The notes under the pieces were generated by a model. The model was not told the origin of the DNA. It searched no databases and saw only the letters and a list, made by a program, of their open reading frames with translations. Both the position numbers and the translations under genes were made by a program. From Candidatus Parcubacteria bacterium (GTDB taxonomy: Bacteria; Patescibacteriota; Minisyncoccia; Minisyncoccales; JAGMDC01), in assembly GCA_023130975.1 (NCBI GenBank), contig JAGMAD010000003.1:129692-193691 (forward strand): a stretch of 64,000 bases of DNA, in the 5' to 3' direction. Each line of letters starts with the position of its first letter. Positions within the stretch are counted from its first letter, which is position 1. Positions 57,049 to 64,000 of this stretch are shown here, in pieces.

Positions 57049-57438
57049 ATGCCGCGTATTGCTGGGGTTAATATCCCGGAAAACAAACAAATAGAAATTG
57101 CTTTAACCTATATTTATGGAATAGGTTCGTCTTTGGCTATAAAAATTTTAGCAGAAGCCAAAATTGATCCTTATAGTCAGACCTCAAAGCTAACTCCAGA
57201 ACAAATTAATTTACTTAGAGAAATTATTGAAAAGAATTATAAAATTGAAGGAGATCTCCGACGGGAGAGAATGGTGGCTATAAAACGGCTGAAAGATATT
57301 GGTTGTTTAAGAGGAATTCGCCACATCAAGGGTTTACCAGTAAGAGGCCAAAGAACTAAAAGCAATAGTAGAACTATTCGCGGTAATGTGAGAAAAACAG
57401 TTGGTAGCGGAAGAAAGCCTGCTCCAACACCAAAGTAA
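57049..57438 (+). CDS. rpsM: 30S ribosomal protein S13
   Basis: MPRIAGVNIPENKQIEIALTYIYGIG. Confidence 0.85.
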   Translation: MPRIAGVNIPENKQIEIALTYIYGIGSSLAIKILAEAKIDPYSQTSKLTPEQINLLREIIEKNYKIEGDLRRERMVAIKRLKDIGCLRGIRHIKGLPVRGQRTKSNSRTIRGNVRKTVGSGRKPAPTPK

Positions 57439-57439
57439 T

Positions 57440-57892
57440 ATGGGTAAGAAACGTATTATTCAAAAAACTGAAAAAGAGTTGATTGAAGAAAGAGAAAAAG
57501 TAGAGGCAGCTGTAAAAAAAGAAGCAAAAATTCAACCTTCTAAAAAAGTGAAAGAAGGTAGAGTTTGTATTACTTCCTCTTATAATAATACGATTATTAG
57601 TTTAACTGATTTAGAGGGAAATATTTTAACTTGGGCAAGCGCTGGAAATATTGGCTTCAAGGGAACAAAAAAAGCCACTCCTTTTGCTGCTTCAAAAGTG
57701 GCTGAGGCATTGGTTCAGCGGGCTAGAAAAATAGGAATAGAGAGAGTGCAAATAATGGTAAAAGGTATTGGCAGCGGCAGAGATTCAGCCATTAGAGCAT
57801 TAGCTAACAAAGGTCTTGATATTCTATCTATTGAGGATGTTACGCCTATACCTCATAACGGATGCAGGCCTCGAAAAGCACGGAGAGTGTAA
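57440..57892 (+). CDS. rpsK: 30S ribosomal protein S11 with a Lys-rich N-terminal extension
   Basis: S11 core from GRVCITSSYNNTIISLTD. Confidence 0.85.
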   Translation: MGKKRIIQKTEKELIEEREKVEAAVKKEAKIQPSKKVKEGRVCITSSYNNTIISLTDLEGNILTWASAGNIGFKGTKKATPFAASKVAEALVQRARKIGIERVQIMVKGIGSGRDSAIRALANKGLDILSIEDVTPIPHNGCRPRKARRV

Positions 57893-57897
57893 ATTTT

Positions 57898-58527
57898 ATG
57901 GAAACTGATAAATGTAAAATTTGTCGCCGGGCAGGAGTTAAACTTTTTTTAAAAGGGGAACGTTGTTTTTCTCCGAAATGCGCAATGATAAAAAAACCTT
58001 ATTCGCCGGGAAGGAAACTGAAAAGAAAAGTTCGGACTCTTTCTGAATATGGAAAAGAATTAAAAGAAAAACAGAAGCTTAAGAATTGGTATAATTTAAA
58101 AGAGGAACAATTTAGCAAATATGTGAAAAAGGCATTGGAAAAAAGAGGAAAAGTAGAGGATGCTGGAACTTTTCTTATAAAAGAATTGGAGAGCCGTTTT
58201 GATAATGTAATTTTCAAATTAGGCTGGGCTTCTTCCCATTCTCAAGCTCGTCAAATGATTTCTCATAAACATTTTTTAGTTAATGGAAAAATAGTTAATA
58301 TACCTTCTTATAGATTAAAAAAAGGAGACAAAATCACTATTCGTCCTTCTTCTCTTAAATTAAATATTTTTCAGAATCTTCCCACTGTTTTAAAAAAATA
58401 TCAACCTCCTTCTTGGTTAGAGCTTAATTTAGAAAAGATAGAAGGAGAAGTTAAAGAAGAACCCTTAGTAGAAGAATCAGATTTACCAGCTGAAATTTCT
58501 ATAATCTTTGAATATTATTCAAGGTAA
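57898..58527 (+). CDS. rpsD: 30S ribosomal protein S4 (zinc-ribbon type)
   Basis: CKICRRAG...CFSPKC. Confidence 0.85.
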   Translation: METDKCKICRRAGVKLFLKGERCFSPKCAMIKKPYSPGRKLKRKVRTLSEYGKELKEKQKLKNWYNLKEEQFSKYVKKALEKRGKVEDAGTFLIKELESRFDNVIFKLGWASSHSQARQMISHKHFLVNGKIVNIPSYRLKKGDKITIRPSSLKLNIFQNLPTVLKKYQPPSWLELNLEKIEGEVKEEPLVEESDLPAEISIIFEYYSR

Positions 58528-58664
58528 AATTTTAAAAATTTTCAATTTTCAATTTTCAATTTTCATTAAATTTTCAATTAACTAATTTTCAATGAATTAT
58601 TTAGAAATTGAATCATTAGAAATTTAATAAAAATTAGAAATTAGAAATTAGAAATTTAATTTGT
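58528..58664. repeat. heptamer spacer: (TTTTCAA)n then (AGAAATT)n
   Basis: Same composite as 24224-24346. Confidence 0.6.
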
Positions 58665-59462
58665 ATGATTTCTTTACCCGACAAAATAAAAGTTATTGAA
58701 AAAAAAGATAATTGGGCCCGTTTTCAAATCCAAGCCCTTTATCCTGGTTATGGAGTTACTATTGGAAATAGTTTGAGAAGGGTTCTTCTTTCCTCATTAC
58801 AGGGGGCAGCTGTTACCCAGGTAAAAATTAAGGGAGTTTCTCATGAGTTCTCTGTTATTCCCGGTGTCTTAGAAGATATAGTTTCAATTTTATTAAACTT
58901 AAAACAATTGAGATTTAAAGTTTATGGTGATGAACCACAGAAGGCAGTTCTTTCGATAAAAGGTGAAAAAAAAGTGAAAGGTTCTGATTTTCAACTGCCC
59001 TCTCAATTGTCTTTAATAAACAAAGATGCTTTTGTGGTTACCTTGACTGATAAGAAAGCGGAATTAGAAATGGAGATTTTAGTCGAGAAAGGATTTGGTT
59101 ATGAACCAGTAGAATGGAGAAAAAAAGAAAAGTTAGAAATAGGTGAAATTCCTCTTGATGCTATTTTTACTCCAGTGAGAAAGGTTAGTTTTAATGTAGA
59201 GAATGTTAGAGTAGAGGAGAGAACAGATTTTGATAGTTTAGAGTTAGGGATTGAGACCGATGGAACCATTACTCCGGAACAAGCTCTTTTTCAGGCCTCT
59301 GAAATTTTAGTTAATCACTTTTCTTTATTTGTAGATATCTTTAAGGAAAAAGAGACAACAAAGCCGCCAGAAGCCGAAAAACCAGTAAAAAAGAAGAAAT
59401 CTACAAAGGCAAAAACTAAAACTACGATACAAAAGAAAAAAAAGAAAACACAAAAGAAATAA
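58665..59462 (+). CDS. rpoA: RNA polymerase alpha subunit with an N-terminal domain only and a Lys-rich tail
   Basis: NTD motifs (GYGVTIGNSLRRVLLSSLQGAAVT, HEFSVIPGVLEDIVSILLNLK). It ends at 265 aa with KKKKSTKAKTKTTIQKKKKKTQKK instead of an alphaCTD. Confidence 0.75.
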   Translation: MISLPDKIKVIEKKDNWARFQIQALYPGYGVTIGNSLRRVLLSSLQGAAVTQVKIKGVSHEFSVIPGVLEDIVSILLNLKQLRFKVYGDEPQKAVLSIKGEKKVKGSDFQLPSQLSLINKDAFVVTLTDKKAELEMEILVEKGFGYEPVEWRKKEKLEIGEIPLDAIFTPVRKVSFNVENVRVEERTDFDSLELGIETDGTITPEQALFQASEILVNHFSLFVDIFKEKETTKPPEAEKPVKKKKSTKAKTKTTIQKKKKKTQKK

Positions 59463-59487
59463 CAGATATTTAGAAATCTACAGTATT

Positions 59488-59838
59488 ATGCGTAAACAAA
59501 AAGAAGGACGAAAACTTTCAAGAAAAAAAAGTCAAAGAAGTGCCTTATTAAAAACACTGGCTAGTGCTCTTATTTTAAATGAGAAAATAAAAACCACTGA
59601 AGCCAAAAGCAAAGAAGTTTCTAAATTTGTTGAGAAAAAAATTACTAAAGCAAAAAAAGGTGATTTAACTGCCAGGAGATTATTAAGTCAATCTTTTTCT
59701 CCTAAAATAGTCAAGAAACTTGTAGATGAGATTGGGCCAAGATATAAAGAGAGAAAAGGAGGGTACACTCGGATTATAAAATTAGTACCAAGAAAGAGTG
59801 ATGGAGCAAGAATGGCAATAATTGAATTTGTAAAATAA
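59488..59838 (+). CDS. rplQ: 50S ribosomal protein L17
   Basis: L17 pattern. Confidence 0.8.
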   Translation: MRKQKEGRKLSRKKSQRSALLKTLASALILNEKIKTTEAKSKEVSKFVEKKITKAKKGDLTARRLLSQSFSPKIVKKLVDEIGPRYKERKGGYTRIIKLVPRKSDGARMAIIEFVK

Positions 59839-59842
59839 TTTT

Positions 59843-60190
59843 ATGGAAAGAAATACTCACACAATTGATGCAACAGACAAGGTATTAGGGAGATTAGCCA
59901 CTCAGATAGCGGTGCTGTTGCGTGGTAAGCACAAACCTGATTTTGTTCCCTATAAAGATATGGGAGATTTTGTTGTGGTAAAAAATGTTGATAAAATTAA
60001 AATTACTGGTAAAAAAATGGAGCAAAAAGTTTATTACCATCACAGCGGTTTTTTGGGCGGTTTGAAAGAAACTCCTCTTAAAAAACTTTTAAAAGAAAAA
60101 CCTGAAGAAGTCTTAAAAAAAGCGGTTTTTGGAATGCTGCCGAAGAATAAACTACGCAGTAAGATAATAAAGCGTTTAAAGATTAAGTAA
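59843..60190 (+). CDS. rplM: 50S ribosomal protein L13
   Basis: L13 pattern ([20 protein letters not shown]). Confidence 0.85.
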   Translation: MERNTHTIDATDKVLGRLATQIAVLLRGKHKPDFVPYKDMGDFVVVKNVDKIKITGKKMEQKVYYHHSGFLGGLKETPLKKLLKEKPEEVLKKAVFGMLPKNKLRSKIIKRLKIK

Positions 60191-60195
60191 TTTTT

Positions 60196-60744
60196 ATGGA
60201 AAAAAAGAAACCAAAAAAAAATCCGTCATCCGCCAGCCGGCGGAGCGGAAAAAAAGAAAAGAAAAAAGAAGTTAAAAAAATAAAAAAAGTGATCCCTAAA
60301 ACAGTTGAGAAGAAACCCAAACCCAAACCCAAACTTACACCAAAACCCAAAAAAGCTTCTTACATAGAAGCAATTGGAAGAAGAAAGACATCAGTGGCTC
60401 GAGTGCGTCTTTGGACAAAAGGGGAAAAAGAGTTTTTAGTTAATAATAAACCATTAGAGGATTATTTTCCAAATCTTGAGATTCAGAAAATTGCTGCTGA
60501 TAGTTTAGATAAAATGAAAAGCCAGGACAGATTTAAAATCCAGGTTTTAGTAAAAGGAGGAGGTTTTCATTCTCAAGCTGAGGCAGTGAGGCATGGGGTA
60601 GCTCGGATTTTACTTAAATTTAATCCTGATTTTAAAAAACGTTTAAAAAAATCGGGTTTTTTAACCCGAGATCCCAGAATGAGAGAAAGAAAAAAATTCG
60701 GTCTCAAAAGAGCCCGTCGAGCTCCCCAGTGGAGAAAACGGTAA
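60196..60744 (+). CDS. rpsI: 30S ribosomal protein S9 with a Lys/Pro-rich N-terminal extension
   Basis: S9 core (GRRKTSVARVRLW...GGGFHSQAEAVRHGVARIL). Confidence 0.85.
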   Translation: MEKKKPKKNPSSASRRSGKKEKKKEVKKIKKVIPKTVEKKPKPKPKLTPKPKKASYIEAIGRRKTSVARVRLWTKGEKEFLVNNKPLEDYFPNLEIQKIAADSLDKMKSQDRFKIQVLVKGGGFHSQAEAVRHGVARILLKFNPDFKKRLKKSGFLTRDPRMRERKKFGLKRARRAPQWRKR

Positions 60745-60745
60745 T

Positions 60746-61420
60746 ATGTTAACAGAAATCATAGATAAATTTTATTTGGAGCAGCAAAAAAGCAGGGAAC
60801 AGAATCATTTTTATATTACTGATGTAGGCAAATGTCCTCGGGCAGTTTTTTTTAAATTTAAAAACGTGCCTAGAGAAAAAATGGATGCCCGCATTTTAAG
60901 AATATTTGAACGTGGAGAGTCAATGCATATGAATATTATTAATACCTTGATTAGATTAGGTATTGTGGTGGCAGCGGAAATAAAAATCCCTGCTCAAGAA
61001 ATCATTTCCGGCCGAGCTGATGTAATTCTTTCTTTAAATAACGAACTTTATGTCTTAGATATTAAAAGTATGAATAGTATGATTTTTAGAAATTTAACTG
61101 AACCAAAGCCAGAAAATTTACAACAGGTCCAGCTTTATCTTCATTATTTTAAAATTAAAAAAGGGATATTACTTTACATTGACAAAGACCAGCAAAACAT
61201 AAAAGAATTTGTCTTTAATTATGACTCAAAGCTTGTGAAATCACTTTTAGATGATTTTCAAAAACTTAAAACAAAAATTGATTCTGATACTATTCCCCCA
61301 AAATTATTAGATTGGTCTGAAAATTGGCAGTGTCGATACTGCCAATTTAAAGATATTTGTTCAGAGGTCGGAGAAGGAGATCTCCATTGGAATGGTTTTA
61401 AAAATAAGTTAGAGAGCTAA
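60746..61420 (+). CDS. Cas4-like / RecB-family PD-(D/E)xK nuclease with a 4-Cys cluster (stand-alone)
   Basis: N-terminal Cys (GKCPRAVFFK), motif II D (GRADVIL), motif III LDIKS, QxxxY (QVQLYLHY), and C-terminal CRYCQFKDIC (CxxCx5C). Confidence 0.55.
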   Translation: MLTEIIDKFYLEQQKSREQNHFYITDVGKCPRAVFFKFKNVPREKMDARILRIFERGESMHMNIINTLIRLGIVVAAEIKIPAQEIISGRADVILSLNNELYVLDIKSMNSMIFRNLTEPKPENLQQVQLYLHYFKIKKGILLYIDKDQQNIKEFVFNYDSKLVKSLLDDFQKLKTKIDSDTIPPKLLDWSENWQCRYCQFKDICSEVGEGDLHWNGFKNKLES

Positions 61421-62822
61421 ATTGTAAAACATTTTCTTCAGTAAGCAGATAGAGGTTTTTGTTTTTATTATCCCAATTTAATTTTTTAATTTCTGAGCAT
61501 AAATCATAGTCATTAATCTTGTCTCGTTCATCAATTTCGATGACTTTTATTTTACTTTCTAAATTAAATATCAAATAATGGGGATTAAACCAGAAAACAT
61601 CATCAATTTTTTCTGAGAAACGGGTTAGAAATTGTTTAGACAAAGCTTCTTTTCGCGGCTGTTCTGTTTGGGCTTCTAAAAATAAAATCCAGATTTCATG
61701 TTCGTTAAAATAAAGAATTTTTTTAGCATCAGGGGATATTTTAATTTCTTTTACTGGTTCAAAAATTTTTTCAAAATTTTTTGTCTCTGGATTAAACAAA
61801 TACAAATTTTTATCTTCTAAAATAAAAATAAAACCCTGTTCAACTTTTAATTCGTATTTGGTTTCTTGTTTTAAGGAGAAAGGAGAATTGCTCATTTTTT
61901 CTTCAAATTCAAAAGATAGATTGTTTTTAAAAATATAACCAGATTCATCAATATAATAAATACTATTCTCTAAAATTTTGTAAGTAAGTAGACCCTTTAA
62001 AACGCATTGAGAACCGTTCTCGGCACGTTTTGATAAGTCGGCTTCGAACAAATCACCATCTTTAAAATAAAATATTATGCTTGGCTCTTCAGGATGAAAA
62101 TCAAGTTTTTCAATATCTGGTTCTAAAATTAAAGAATCAAGAGAGATCAATTTATTTGGACTTTCAGTTAGATCTAAAATAAAGTGTTCTAATTGCTCTT
62201 TGAGGCCTATTTTTAAAATCACTCTTTCCCCATTAGGAGAAATTTTGAGTTCTAACAATTCTGGTTCTTTTTTAGAAATTTCTTTTTCACTAATTAAATG
62301 GCTCTTAAGATTGTTTTCTAAATTAAATATTTTTAAAGCCCATTCATCCTTGTCCGCCGAAGCTTCAGCGAAGGCGGATTCTTTCAAAATTATTTTGTTC
62401 TCAGACAAAATCCAAAAATCTTCTACCCCTTTATTTAAAATTTGGAGTTCTAAATTTTTAGGAATAAGAATAATATTTTTTGCTTCTGCTACTTCTTTTT
62501 CTTTTACTTCTAAGTTCTTTTCCCAGACATTATAACCCTCTTTTTGAACTTGAATGTTATATTTTTTTGGCAAAAGATTATTAATATAGACAGAACCAAA
62601 AAAGAAACTAGTTTTTTCTTCTAGCCTTCCATCTAAAAATACCTCAACATTTTTCGGTGAAGCTTTTAAAAACAATCCACCAGTTTGAGTGATTTTTATT
62701 CCGCCGTCTGGCGGATTAAAATCAAAACGATAACCCTGGGAATATAAAATCAGAATAGGGGTAATCAAAAAAAACAAAGATATTAAAACACAAATTAGAA
62801 TTGTTCTGCTTTTTTTAGACAT
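61398..62822 (-). CDS. secreted PEGA-domain protein with a beta-rich periplasmic region
   Basis: N-terminal TM, then GYRFDF...VEVFLDG...YNIQVQKEGY PEGA-like motif. Confidence 0.4.
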   Translation of the reverse strand: MSKKSRTILICVLISLFFLITPILILYSQGYRFDFNPPDGGIKITQTGGLFLKASPKNVEVFLDGRLEEKTSFFFGSVYINNLLPKKYNIQVQKEGYNVWEKNLEVKEKEVAEAKNIILIPKNLELQILNKGVEDFWILSENKIILKESAFAEASADKDEWALKIFNLENNLKSHLISEKEISKKEPELLELKISPNGERVILKIGLKEQLEHFILDLTESPNKLISLDSLILEPDIEKLDFHPEEPSIIFYFKDGDLFEADLSKRAENGSQCVLKGLLTYKILENSIYYIDESGYIFKNNLSFEFEEKMSNSPFSLKQETKYELKVEQGFIFILEDKNLYLFNPETKNFEKIFEPVKEIKISPDAKKILYFNEHEIWILFLEAQTEQPRKEALSKQFLTRFSEKIDDVFWFNPHYLIFNLESKIKVIEIDERDKINDYDLCSEIKKLNWDNKNKNLYLLTEENVLQFSSLTYF

Positions 62823-62973
62823 TGATTTAATTTTCCTTAATTACATTATATCCCGGCATTGACAAAAAGCAAACCATTTGCTATGCTTACAATTAGCGAG
62901 GGTCTGCCGTTTTTTAGGCAAGCCGATGAGCTGTACATTTAGAAGTAAATAATAGAAGAAAGAAAAGAAATAG

Positions 62974-63327
62974 GTGAAAAAAATGATAAAAGTGAATATT
63001 TCGGCAGAAGTGGGTATTTGGGGAAAAGAGATAGTAGATATAGATATAACAGAAATAGCAAGGATAGAGACGCGAGAAGACATAAAGAATTGTTTGTTAG
63101 AAAGGCAGTGGAACGCACTTGTCTCAGGAGAGAATACGAGGACAGTGTTTAGACAAACGACAGTATCAAGAAGGTCGGGAGAGGGAGAGTTAGAAATAGA
63201 ACCAAGAATAGTGGAAGTTTACACAAGAGGAGACCATATAGGTGGATTGAAAATAAATGGAGATGGGACAAAACCGGAACTCCTTAGTGGGATACCAGCG
63301 ATATCTGATGTTTTTATCTGGAGATAA
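62974..63327 (+). CDS. hypothetical protein in a purine-skewed block
   Basis: SD-like GGTGA upstream. The coding strand is extremely A+G rich. Confidence 0.3.
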   Translation: MKKMIKVNISAEVGIWGKEIVDIDITEIARIETREDIKNCLLERQWNALVSGENTRTVFRQTTVSRRSGEGELEIEPRIVEVYTRGDHIGGLKINGDGTKPELLSGIPAISDVFIWR

Positions 63328-63340
63328 GGACATAAAAGGA

Positions 63341-63523
63341 ATGAGACAAAAAATGGAAGAAGAGATAATAGAGGTAGAGATTATTTCCCTTGGAGCGAAG
63401 CGACTTGGCAATAATATATATGGAGAGCAAGTGCAATGCCCAGTTTGCAGGAGAGAGTACCCTATGTCATCGATACCACGTGAATGCGAATGTAAGAGAC
63501 AGCTTATACTACCGCGAAATTAG
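63341..63523 (+). CDS. small CxxC protein in the purine-skewed block
   Basis: MRQKMEEEIIEVE...CPVCRREY...CECK. The ORF-track version starts earlier at 63257. Confidence 0.3.
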   Translation: MRQKMEEEIIEVEIISLGAKRLGNNIYGEQVQCPVCRREYPMSSIPRECECKRQLILPRN

Positions 63524-63604
63524 AAAAGGAGTAAAAGCCGTGCCTGGCTTAAAATAAGGCAGATGATAAAAATGAGATAAAAAGGAGGAGATAAAAAGAA
63601 AAAA

Positions 63605-64000
63605 ATGGGAGAATTTGAAGAGTTGATGGAAAAGAGAGATAAAGAATATAGTGATGGAAATTGGAAGGAATCCATTCCTTTTGCAACAGCAGCAATAAGT
63701 GTCGCAATACAAGCAACAGCGCTTGCTCAAAATGGAAGAGCTTGGGGTAGAAGATATGTTGGATATAAAACAGATGATCCGCAAGAGAGAGAAACCATGT
63801 ATAGATTGGCAAGACAAGACTGGAGAGCAGTGTTGAAAACATCTACCAATATAGATACCAGAATATCAGCGATAAAGGGACTCATGTTACTTCCGGAAGA
63901 GAATATTCCGGAACTGTGTGAGTTAGGGATAAGAGAAATCAAATTACGGATTCCAGAATATCAAAGAAGAGAAAACATAAAAGCAGAGTTGCTGAATTCA
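63605..64000 (+). CDS. hypothetical HEAT-like repeat protein, 3'-truncated at the window edge
   Basis: GGAGG lies 15 nt upstream and the frame is open to the window end. The protein is helical and repeat-like. Confidence 0.25.
   Translation, partial: MGEFEELMEKRDKEYSDGNWKESIPFATAAISVAIQATALAQNGRAWGRRYVGYKTDDPQERETMYRLARQDWRAVLKTSTNIDTRISAIKGLMLLPEENIPELCELGIREIKLRIPEYQRRENIKAELLNS

Overview
This window is an AT-rich bacterial segment with almost no Shine-Dalgarno sequences, and it looks like a Candidate Phyla Radiation (CPR)-type reduced genome. Gene order is: a 5'-truncated transporter, a PAP2 phosphatase, two glycosidase-like genes, tRNA-Leu, parA-parB, rel (minus), a NifX-like + 2x MinD-type Fe-S ATPase + Zn-ribbon cluster, a ComEC-like MBL protein, an Adk-like paralog, a promoter-driven ~265-nt ncRNA, tRNA-Pro, rpmB, and a site-2 protease. 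Then come the str operon (rpsL-rpsG-fusA ... tuf), the S10 operon, the spc operon (no rpmD/L30 between rpsE and rplO) through secY-adk-map, a ~22 kb interrupting block (small ORFs, GT2, galT-like, ppsA-fbp-fba, ferredoxin, rplY, lytic transglycosylase, prfA, rpmE, rpsB-tsf, tRNA-Thr, a 16S rRNA gene, alaS), and finally infA-rpmJ-rpsM-rpsK-rpsD-rpoA-rplQ-rplM-rpsI, a Cas4-like nuclease, a PEGA protein and a purine-skewed block at the 3' edge. The ribosomal-protein operons are unusually interrupted by 100-200 bp spacers made of heptamer tandem repeats, TAGAT/ATCTA inverted-repeat spacers, an AGAACCTTG-type small repeat family (>=13 copies), a TIR-bounded MITE (2 copies), and insertions. The most interesting signals are listed next. 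(1) A 129-bp perfect duplication of the tuf promoter plus first 14 codons is fused to an unrelated membrane-anchored ORF, within a ~2.8 kb insertion between fusA and tuf (a NUDIX pseudogene and TA modules). (2) An identical GC-rich perfect hairpin is inserted in-frame in rplB and at the tip of 16S h44. (3) The 16S gene has a group I intron with a LAGLIDADG ORF at the decoding-centre site, a ~185-nt AT-rich insertion, and a 3' tail lacking the CCUCC anti-SD. (4) Gene 5' ends (start codon plus first codons) are repeatedly duplicated next to repeat insertions (rplX, infA, rpsQ/rpmE, tuf). (5) RNAP alpha lacks the CTD, RF1 lacks domain 1, and many r-proteins carry Lys-rich tails. (6) There is a stand-alone Cas4-like nuclease and a NifX-like/MinD-FeS cluster. 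All coordinates are from manual reading, and functional calls are motif-level inferences without database searches.
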